From assembly GCA_010909165.1 (NCBI GenBank), contig VJWM01000107.1:310001-374000 (forward strand): 64,000 bases of DNA, read 5' to 3'. The DNA comes from Anthoceros angustus. Taxonomy: Eukaryota; Plantae; Anthocerotophyta. Positions 1 to 10,721 of the stretch are shown here, in pieces. The notes beneath the pieces were generated by a model. It was not told the origin of the DNA and did not search any database. It worked only from the letters and a program-made list of their open reading frames with translations. Each line of letters begins with the position of its first letter. The stretch's first letter is position 1. Both the position numbers and the translations under genes were made by a program.

Positions 1-141
1 CGCCCGCATTCTCTCATCCATCCAGTTCCCCACCATCTCCAAAGGCTCCCGCCTCCCACATCCGTGTTCCCCACCATCTCTCAGCCCCGCCTCCCACATC
101 CGTGTTCCCCACCATCTACGTTGCCTCCAAAGATCACTTGA

Positions 142-3100
142 CGGTGATGCCCCCCTGTTTGCCACCTTTCCTCCATCTTCCTTCTCTCCACTAGTATCTA
201 TGCCTTCCTTCCTGACATGGCCTTCACCTTCCACCAGCTTTCCCTTCCCCTTCTTCCCTGCAGTCATGCACACACATCACTTAGAGCTCACATCCTACAA
301 ACACCATAATATTCATACCGGCGGAATAATGTAAGCCGGTTATGAAAAAATTGCCACCGCTTGGTACTTTTCATACAGTTACTAATTCACGACAAACGCG
401 GCTCTTCGAAAGCACCTGCGCCTGTGCCAAGCAATCATTCAGATTGGGATTTCAATTTTGTCTCCAAGTTGTTTGAAATGAGGGTGCTAAGGTGTGGATG
501 TCAAAACGCAATGCTCGCTTATAAGTAGAGTACGTCAGACATATATTCAAAATAGGCCTCATGGCCGACACATAACAACTTAGTACTGGAAGATCCGGGA
601 TGACAAGAACTCCAAAGATACCTACTACATACAAAGGTACAGAATAATAAAATGTTTTGGCCACCTAAGGAAGTTCAGGTCCAAGATTCAATCGCACACA
701 AAACCGGCTACACTATCGGAACTAAGGTCACGTTTCTAAGACGCTTTTGTCCGCCTCTCAAAGTGTCAACATCCATCATCGCCGGGCGCCATCATCTTCC
801 TTCCCGTCAACTTCAGAGGTTGAGTACCATATAGCGTCCAGTGTCTGTTGCTCCTCATCGAGAGGGTCTCCAGTCCTTTCTTTCATTCTCTTCGACCCTA
901 GGGGCACAATTTGAGCCTTCCCAATATCCTTCTCGCCACGCAAACCTCCTTGGCCTGAATTGAGATGGACCTCGACGATGCGGCTCGTGTGTCGCCTCCT
1001 CCTCCGCATCCGGCAAGATTCATCCATGTACATGTTGTGGAATGAATTCTGCACATGCATCCAATATCCATTCCCCTTCCTTGGAGAATGTCTTGATAAG
1101 CTTCATCATCAAACCTAAAGGCCGTAGGGTAGGGGCAGACAACAAGTTTGTCAAGTGAATGGTATACCAGCTTTTTCACAACAGTATGGTGGGCAATCAT
1201 CGACCGACCATCATTGAAAGTGCCCTGCAAAGCATTAGGTAACATGACAGCCCGCTGCAACTCAGAGCTTTTCTTCAGACCCCAACCGACAATGACATAC
1301 TCCACCGTATCGAACCCACCCTTGTCGTTGTTGACATTTGTCTTGTCCCACACAAATGAAACAAGTCCACGCCTCTGGCACCACTTCCGCATAGGCTCCA
1401 CACAATATGTGAATCTTCCACACCATGCATTATGATCATCCCGAAATCCTCGCATTCGTTAAGTATTGGAAGGAATGCAAAACATTACCCACTTGCCAAG
1501 CATCAAACCTTCCATCCTTAGGGCCCTTGTCGAATCCACGTGGGACATCCATCACAAGCAAAAGTACCTCCTCTTCCTCACAAAACCTCGCATATCCCGG
1601 ACATCTCGAGCATGAATCGACATCGCACTTTTTCTCCGATCAGGATGTTGAATTGCAACCGCCCTCTTCTATGTCCCTATCTGCGAGCTCCGTTGCTCAT
1701 CCTTCAAGCCCTTCCATGTGTTGACCTCATAAATAAAAGCTGAAAGTTTTCGTGGTACTTGTGAGGACTTCAATGTCTTTTGTTGCTGCACAAAAGCAGG
1801 TTGTTTGTCGATATTAATGGGAGAGGGACTTCACGGCATGCCCTCCCGCAATAGGCCTCGGGTTCGATCCGGGGGTAAGGGCGGCATGCGGCCCTCCTCG
1901 GGCTACCTCAAGATACGCACACAGGCATCGGCGCCCCAGCGAATATGGAAAATCGGGCGTGGGAAGGAGGAAGGAAGAACAGATAATATTTTAAGCGGTG
2001 AATATACATCAAGCGACTTTGACGTGAATATACGCAAACGGGTTTCGATGGGCATTGAAATGCGATTCAAGACCCTAAACACGCCGTAAGTGACACACCT
2101 AGGCGCCGCATGCCGCCTCCCTCGTGCTACCCTCAAGATAGACGCCCAACTTCCCATACAGGCCGGTGATGCCCCTGCTTGCCACCTTTCCTCCATCTTC
2201 CTTCTCCACTAGTATCTATGCCTTCCTTCGACATGGCCTTCACCTTCCACCGCCTTCCTTCCTTCTTCCCCGCAGTCATGCACACACATCACTTAGAGCT
2301 CACATCCTACAAACACCATAATATTCATACCGGAATAATGTGTTTATGAAAAATTGCCACCGCTTGGTACTTTTCATACAACATTAATTCACGACAAACG
2401 CGGCTCTTCGAAAGCACTGCTACTGTGCAAGCAATCATTGGGATTTCAATTTTGTCTCCAAGTTGTTTGAAATGAGGGTGCTAAGGTGTGGATGTCTGAA
2501 ACTGCCGCTTATAAGTAGAGTACGTCTGTCATATGTTCAAAATAGGCCTCATGGCGGACACATAACAACTTAGTAATCGAAGATCCGGATGACAAGAACT
2601 CCAAAGAGCGCTACATACAAAGGTACATACGAAAATGTTTTGGCCACCTAAGGAAGTTCGGTCCAAGATTCAATCGCACAAAACCGGCTACACTATCGGA
2701 ACTAAGGTCACGTTTCTAAAACGTTCTTTGTCTGCCTCTCCGAAAGTGTCAACATCCATCATCGGGCGTCATCATCTTCCTTCCGCCAACTTTGAGGTTG
2801 AGTACCATATAGCCCGGTCCTGCCCTCATCGAGAGGGTCTCCAGTCCTTTCTTTCATTCTCTTGACCCTAGGGGCACAATTTGAGCCTTCCCAATATCCT
2901 TCTCGCCACGCAAACCTCCTTGGCCCGAATTGAGATGGACCTCGACGATGCGGCTCGTGTGTCGGCTCCTCCTCCGCATCCGGCAAGATTATATCCATGT
3001 ACATGTGGAATGAATTCTGACATGCATCCAATATCCATTCCCTTCCTTGGAGAATGTCTTGATAAGCTTCATCATCAAACCTAAAGGCCATAGGGTAGGC

Positions 3101-4335
3101 GGACAACAAGTTTGTCAAGTGAATGGTATACTTTTTCACAACAGATGGTGGGCAATCATCGACCGACCATCATTGAAAGTGCCCTGCAAAGCATCAGGTA
3201 ACATGACAGCCCGCTGCAACTCAGAGCTTTTCTTCAGACCCCAACCGACAATGACATACTCCACCGTATCGAACCCACCCTTGTCGTTGTTGACATTTGT
3301 CTTGTCCCACACAAATGAAACAAGTCCACGCCTCTAGCACCACTTCCGCATAGGCTCCTGCACAATATGTGAATCTTCCACACCATGCATTATGATCATC
3401 CTGAAATCCTCGCATTCAGTTAAGTATTGGAAGGAATGCAAAACATTACCCACTTGCCAAGCATCAAACCTTCCATCCTTAGGGCCCTTGTCGAATCCAC
3501 GTGGGACATCCATCACAAGCAAAAAGTACCTCCTCTTCCTCACAAAACCTCGCATATCCCGGACATCTCGAGCATGAATCGACATCGCACTTTTTCTCCG
3601 ATCAGGATGTTGAATTGCAACCGCCCTCTTCTATGTCCCTATCTGCGAGCTCCGTTGCTCATCCTTCAAGCCCTTCCATGTGTTGACCTCATAAATAAAA
3701 GCTGAAAGTTTTCGTGGTACTTGTGAGGACTTCAATGTCTTTTGTTGCTGCACAAAAGCAGGTTGTTTGTCGATATTAATGGGAGAGGGACTTCACGGCA
3801 TGCCCTCCCGCAATAGGGCCTCGGGTTCGATCCGGGGGTAAGGGCGGCATGCGGCCCTCCTCGGCTACCTCAAGATACGCACACAGGCATCGGCGCCCCA
3901 AGCGGAATATGGAAAATCGGGCGTGGGAAGGAGGAAGGAAGAACAGATAATATTTTAAGCGGTGAATATACATCAAGCGACTTTGACGTGAATATACGCA
4001 AACGGGTTTCGATGGGCATTGAAATGCGATTCAAGACCCTAAACACGCCGTAAGTGACACACCTAGGCGCCGCATGCCGCCTCCCTCGTGCTACCCTCAA
4101 GATAGACGCCCAACTTCCACACGGCCGTGGCGCCCCAAGCGGAATATGGAAAATCGGGCATAGGAAGGAGGAAGGAAGAACAGATAATATTTTAAGCGGT
4201 GAATATACATCAAGCAGCTTTTGACGTGAATATACGCGAAACGGGGTTTTCGATGGGCATTGAAATGCGTATTCAGCTGCTGAAGACCCTAAACACGCCG
4301 TAAGTGACACACCTAGGCGCCGGCATGCCGGGGCC
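142..4335. repeat. ~2.0-kb tandem duplication (copies ~142-2163 and ~2164-4118, plus a partial third tail ~4127-4335) of degenerate, probably TE-derived sequence
   Basis: CGGTGATGCCCC at 142 recurs at 2164 and the following ~2 kb are collinear. Near-identical ORF fragments recur (MFWPPKEV at 652 and 2635; MGHPSQAK at 1540 and 3501). The copies differ mostly by 1-3 nt indels. The minus strand has stop-interrupted coding-like frames of no recognised family. Confidence 0.85.
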
Positions 4336-4587
4336 CAAGTCATGCCCAAACGTTACGTGCCTTGGGCGCCGCATGCCGGCATCCAAGATTCATGGCCTTT
4401 GGCAATGAATGCTGGACGTTGACAAACACCCTCCTTCTGCTGAGAAACTACCTGAACTGTAATGGCTTCTCGGACTGCTCAACATCTGTTAGACACCCTA
4501 GGCTAGTGGCTAAGAAACCACCTGAACTGTGATGGCTTCTCCGGACTGGCTATTAAAAAGAAGGAGCATGGGGGAGCATAAGGGCAT

Positions 4588-4617
4588 GAAGAAGAAGAAG
4601 AAGAAGAAGAAGAAGAA
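4588..4617. repeat. (GAA)10 microsatellite
   Basis: Read directly from sequence. Confidence 0.95.
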
Positions 4618-4834
4618 TGAGGGCATGAGGGCGCCGGCATGCCGGCGCCCTTACTTCAACATTAGTTTGTGCTTCCAATTAGTTGTGTGGAAAAAAGTTA
4701 ATGAAGTGGTAACGCCCGAAAGTTGTGAACAAGAGGCCTCGGGTTCAAGTCTTCTTTAAAGGCGCCGGCATGCCTTTAAAGGTAAACTTTCCTTGGGTTC
4801 AAGTCTTCTTTTAAGGCGTCGGCATGCCGGCGCC

Positions 4835-5412
4835 CTTTAAAGGTAAACTTTCCCTATTGTGTAGGCTTTAAAGGTAAGCTTTTCCTATTGTGTACAGAAT
4901 AGATAATGTGGATTGAAATGAGAGCACAAGAAAAGTGATAGATGATTGGTTTGGTTTAAAATTCCTTATCTGCTTTCTAAACTTTCCCTAACTTTCCTAT
5001 TGTGTAGGCTTTAAAGGTAAGCTTTTCCTATTGTGTATGAATAGATAATGTGGATTGAAATGAGAGCAAAAGTGATAGATGATTGGTTTGGTTTAAAATT
5101 CCTTATCTGCTTTTCCTATTGTGTAGGCTTTAAGGTAAGCTTTTCCTATTGTGTGTAGGCTTTAAAGGTAAGCTTTTCCTATTGTGTACAGAATAGATAA
5201 TGTGGATTGAAATGAGAGCACAGTAAAAGTGATAGATGATTGGTTTGGTTTAAAATTCCCTTATCTGTTTTCCCGTAAACTTTCCCTATTGTGTAGGCTT
5301 TAAAGGTAAGCTTTTCCTATTGTGTACAGAATAGATAATGTGGATTGAAATGAGAGCACAGTAAAAGTGATAGATGATTGGTTTGGTTTAAAATTCCCTT
5401 ATCTGTTTTCCC
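4835..5412. repeat. ~135-bp tandem satellite, about 4 copies
   Basis: The unit TAAACTTTCCCTATTGTGTAGGCTTTAAAGGTAAGCTTTTCCTATTGTGTACAGAATAGATAATGTGGATTGAAATGAGAGC...GGTTTAAAATTCCTTATCTG starts near 4844, 4978, 5111 and 5275. Confidence 0.9.
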
Positions 5413-6997
5413 TTTGATAGCACTAATCCATGAAGAAGGTGGGACTCGACAAGTACAAAACACACACCACACGCATGCAAACGGCAATTGCATTCCATGA
5501 TTTCGGGAAGATGGAAACAGGGACTCTCACCGCTGCATGTTGAATTTCCATTGTCATCTCCAATACTTATTACACCCCCCTCAAAACCGTTTTTCCAAAA
5601 CCATATACCCTTTATGTACTGAATGAATAGCAAAAGGCCTATCCCGTGGCCTCTTCGCTGCCACCAATAGAGTGTCATGTATGGGCATCATTTCAAGGTA
5701 AATGTGTGCCTACCGAGGCTGTATATCCCTTTTTCAGCCCAACTCATGGCATGTTCCCGGCTTCCTACACACACAGCAACCGTACTTTTAAAACATTTTT
5801 TGTGGAAAATGGCAGGAACAGGCGTTTCGTGCCCACGTTCCCGCCGGTTACCAGTATCTTCATTGGAAAAGTCGCTTCCTGTTTATTCCGACGGTATGAA
5901 TATTATGGTATTTACATATCACCACGTCGCACCAACCAGTCAACTCCTCATTCTCCACCCAACCTCCAGACAACCGCTCACACCATGTACACTCCACCAC
6001 GCCCATGCAGCAAGACAACACGGCAATGACGCTGCCTAGTGGCTTACGCCAACCGCTCCATCAATTCTCCAATTTCGTGTAGTGGCAATGTAGTGATGTC
6101 CGTCTCCACCTCATCATCCGCCATCTCCACATCTCGCCTTGCTCGCGCTTTCCCCATCATTCACGCCACGTGTCCTTCTCCTCACCGTCCTCTTGACCAT
6201 CATATGCACGCTCCTTGGCCCGCCTCCGCAACCACCTCCTCCGAGACCGCCCACCCTGTGGCAGCAGCCTCCCTCCACAGGCATCCTCCTCCCACGTTGT
6301 TGGGGTTGTCCATCGCCACCCAACAAGGTCCACAAGACCAATGGCCTCTCTCGCCACCACACTGGCCTCTTGGGCAGCACCACCATGCTCCTCCAATCAC
6401 CACAGTCCTCTTTCTCCGGACTCACGCCAAATTCCTCCTCCCCTCCGGATGTCACGGCCCTGGCAGATGCCTCCTCTGAAAGTTTTGGATTCTCTCCTGC
6501 AGCAAACAACTCCAGCGTTAGCTTCCCACCTACTAGAGACACCCACTCCCCTTGCGGCCGCTTTCTCTCAGCATCGTCCTCCTCTTTGGCAGTAGACTCC
6601 ACTGTTGTTGGAAGTTGCTCCTCCAAAGACCAATGGCCTCTCTCGCCGCCCGCCCACGATGATCATCCATCCTCTCCACTTCAGTCGAATCCGCATTCTC
6701 CACCTCACTTGCCGTGCTAGGACCATCCTTCGCCGTGCTTCCATCCAAGCGTTGTGCCGCTTTGTCCGGCACCAGCGCCAGGTCTCGTTGCTCTTGGCCA
6801 TTTTCCCGGCTTCCAGCACTCTCACTATCGACCGTAGCGCAAACGGCTGTCGATGAGCCCCCCCTCCTCTCCTACTTCCGAGCCAGCCACCTTTTGGGCA
6901 CCGACATCCAAGGCACGGATGGTCGGGATTTGTTGCAGGCTTTAGCGAACAGCCTCAGCCAAATATTCAAAGTCAACGTCCCAAACCAGGGGTGTCG

Positions 6998-7153
6998 GGT
7001 GAAGAAGGGGACTACGTGGCATGCCATGCCAATCGGCTCCTTGCCTTGCCATGCCACCTTCCCCGCTACTGCGGTTTGTAATCGTCGGTGAAGAAGGGGA
7101 CTACGTGGCATGCCATGCCAACTGGCTCCTTGCCTTGCCATGCCACCTTCCCC
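6998..7153. repeat. ~67-bp direct repeat, two copies (6998-7064, 7087-7153)
   Basis: GGTGAAGAAGGGGACTACGTGGCATGCCATGCCAA..GGCTCCTTGCCTTGCCATGCCACCTTCCCC occurs twice. Confidence 0.9.
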
Positions 7154-7220
7154 GCGCGCTACTTCGTGTTTGTGCACTTTCGTGCACAAACACGAAACCT
7201 TCCTTGTCCACGTATGCCAT

Positions 7221-10200
7221 CACTACTAGGAAAAGTATACTTTTACTAATTGCAGTTTTACAACAGGGGTGCATTTTACCACGACTGCCCATTTTACTAC
7301 GTCAATTGAAGGCACCGTTTCAAGTCCATGTATTATTTTCAAGTATAGCCTCGAATTTACTAAACCTCATTCCAACTTTACTAGGCTTGTTTTGCCAAAG
7401 GCGCAACGGTGACGTGGCAAAAACAAAATGGATTTTACTACGGGCACTTGTTACTTACAATGTAGCTTATGGACGTTACAACGATGGCATGTTTGTTTAC
7501 TACGGGCCATCAATTTACTACGTGACTTTCTCCATTACAACGGGTTCTTTTACAACATGCCAATGGTATTTTACAACATCCCATAGTTTACTACACACCG
7601 TAGGGTTTTCAACAAGACCCTTTACGACTAGACACCGTCGTTTACAACAAAGACTAATTTAGAATGGGTTTTGATGATAACCCACATCTTTTACCCTAAA
7701 AGAAAAAAGTAGAGGTAACTGGGTGTACATCGATTCTGACTTGGGCTAGGCCGACCCTAAACGAGAACAAGCGGGACATGCTGAAAAATCCTCCATATGC
7801 ATCCACATCCCTATGCATCCATATTTTCTTCAAAGACAACGCTTTTCCACGTGGTCCCGACAACCACTTTATTGTCATACAAAAAGTTTGAATTAGTTTG
7901 GGTGACACAAGGGTAAAGGGATCATCTTGAACTCGTAGAAGGATAACAAGATCTAGGGTTCACTATGTGCATTCCAGAATTGTCCTTCTTCAATCCCTTG
8001 TTGTGATCATTTGCATCCTCATAAACTAGTTTGAACCACTTAACCTTTAAAAAATTTACAACCCAAAGTCAACCTTTAAAATTTTCTGCACTATTCCCAC
8101 ATATGGCCGAGGAGAAGTATGGCCGAGGATTAGGGTTTGGGTCAAATTAACCTTGGCCTTCGAAAATCGAGTTGAATATGTCGGATGAGGGTTAGGGTTT
8201 GGTTAAAGTAACCTTGGGCTTCGGATTCGCATGGAATATGCTAGCTTGAGGTCTAGGGTTCGGGTAAAGTCCTATTATCACCGATATCCAAGGAAGAAGA
8301 AGGCTATAAATGCAATGATAATGTGCTAATTCACCAAGCCATATCCAGGGTTTGAGCTCCATTCCCACCAGAGCAAAAACATCATGCAAAAACACGCACT
8401 GGCGAGTGCTGCGAAATTCCTGCTCAACCTAATGGCGGGAAGTCCTGACTATGAGTCATTTCCGCCGGCGTTTCACACCGCGGTCAAGGGAGAGACGCTG
8501 TACAAGTGTATGGAAAACCCTTCGTCTCGTATCATGACTCAGAGAGGCAAGCCCGCACCAGAATCGCTGACGCCAGCCATGGCCGCCACGCTAAACCCTG
8601 GAGATGGAGATGGAGGCAGCTAGTCGTCGAAGTCGCGCCAAGGAGAGTGCCTGCAGCTATCTTAGAAACTCAAGTGCTTTCGTTGTTCCAGCCAGATTTG
8701 GGCTCAAGGGTTGCAAGGATTGATGTTTCTGTGTCCCGCTGCAGTGCCAGGTGCGACTTACCCGACTCCAAGCTGCCTGGTGCAGGCAGCCCATCAACAA
8801 AGTCGTTCCCACGACTCCTAGAAACCTGCACGTGAGCAGATTTCATGTCACTTCGACGACTAACTGCGAGATCTGAGTGCGTCTGGGCTTAGAGCAGGTG
8901 GCTACGCACCCACAGCAAGGCACCACCTCCCCGCCTCACTAGCCGCAGCAGCGTTGCAGCCACAGCAACGCTGATCCAACAAGTTTGGGGTTTCCAACCT
9001 TCCAGGGGTCATAGCGCCCGCGTTACAGGTCGGTTGCCGTTGATTCTTATACCAAACTGCTCGCCTTGATGAGGCGAGTCTAATGGTATACTGTGTGTCC
9101 AATTTGGAGCCCTATCCAGGGACTGATTGCGTTTGAAAGTTTCGAACAGCAGGGTTTTGCTCTTGCTGCATTTGCTTTGATTTTCAATCTGGCATCGCGA
9201 GTGAGCGAGGCCGTGTGCTACAAGCTTTGCATGTGAGCTGGAGTTTTGCTGTGCTGTGTTTCTCAATCCTAGGGCAGACATAGGGGACCGAGGTGCTGCC
9301 GCATGATCAAAGCAGTTGAACTTTCTATTTTGTGCTAGGGAGGAGGGTGCCATGAAGAGGGTGAAGGATACAGGTAGCAATACCTACACATGCTTTGGCC
9401 ATGGGGGCAGCGTGGTTTTCTGGATAGGTTCAGAGGAAAGTTTGGGAGGGAGCCAACCGTGGATGAGATCAGAGCTGTTGGTATAGTTCACGGAAATTGG
9501 CTGGCGAAGCTGCGAGCGTTTTGGATGAATTCCAAAATCACAAGTCCTGCTTTGGGTCCACAGGTTAACTCACCGAGGGGGATTGACACTGCTATTAACG
9601 TGTGAAACCAGTTGGTTGAGGCAGGTTACCCAACCGATGAATGTGATACCCAATCATGGGGCTTGGCTTATAAAGTTGAAAGAGTTTTGGATGCAGTCTG
9701 GAACTAGAACTCCAGCTTTGGGTCTGCAAGTGGACTCAAAGGGGCAGAAGGACAAGGCGATTAATGTGTGGACCTTGTTGAAGGATGCAGGCTATTCCAT
9801 CAAGGAGTGCGATGAGAAGGTCATGGAGGCCATCCTAAAGCAGAATGTCATAGATGACGGTGGATGGTGGGGCATTATCTTCCCGCAAAGTTGCAAGACA
9901 AGCTGAGGATGCTTGAGCATGATTCTGGTTAGGTCGTTGTCCAGGACTATTGTGTCTATTTTGTGATAGCCTGAAGTTCTGTGAACTTGAACTGATTTAA
10001 GTTCGTGGTTCTCTTTTGCAGGTGGCAAACCTTTGGGGCACGGTCTTTGAGTTGAGGTGCTGGGTGGAGAAAATTCTTAGATGCCCGTGTAGCATGTAGG
10101 GGGCTGGGAGTCTAATATATTGTAGGATGTAGGTGCAATCCCGAATTCGGTACCCCATAACCCACACACCCGCCTAGCACTCCTTCATTTTACTACAACA

Positions 10201-10721
10201 GAGTGCACTTTACTACAGCAATATAAATCCGTATTTACTTTACTACGGTCCTGATTACATCAGATTTTTACTACGCGCCTTATTTTGCAGCCAGGTGTTT
10301 TACAACGGCCCGTTATAACTACAGTTCACTGATTAACCTAACCATGGTTACATAACTATGGTTTATAAACTACTGTTATTTAACTTCAGTTAATAAACTT
10401 GAGTTAATTCACATTGGTTACTTAACCATATTTTATTAACCACGATTACAATTGTTGTAAATGCCGTTGTAGATCACTGTAGTAATTGTTGTTGTAAAGT
10501 GAACTGTAGTTAAACCCTAACTGATGTACGGTCAACTCCGTAAAGTATATCGTATGTATATCACATACGAATACGGTATATAGCCATGGTATACGGTGTG
10601 AAGACATTACCACGGAAATTAACGCTATGTGTTTACAACGGGCATTTTACTACAGGTGTAGTAATTCTGTAGTAATATCCGTAGTAAATTCCGTTGTAAA
10701 GGACACGTTTTCCTAGTAGTG
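7221..10721. mobile_element. Non-autonomous CACTA (En/Spm) DNA transposon, 3,501 bp
   Basis: Left TIR CACTACTAGGAAAA (7221-7234) and right TIR TTTTCCTAGTAGTG (10708-10721) form a perfect 14-bp inverted pair. 3-bp TSD CAT at 7218-7220 and 10722-10724. Dense subterminal TTTACTAC/TTTACAAC motifs, with inverted GTAGTAAA/GTTGTAAA near the right end. No intact transposase ORF. Confidence 0.95.
9390..9906 (+). pseudogene. Broken ORF inside the CACTA element, possibly a TnpA-like remnant
   Basis: Frames 9390-9605 and 9583-9906 encode a duplicated ~55-aa module. FRGKFGREPTVDEI loosely resembles GREPT motifs of En/Spm-associated proteins (recalled, unverified). It has an in-frame TGA and a frameshift. 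Confidence 0.4.

Noticed and set aside
1855-1880. tRNA B-box-like GGGTTCGATCC (also at ~3822), possible SINE or tRNA
   Set aside because: No A box, acceptor stem or cloverleaf could be formed.
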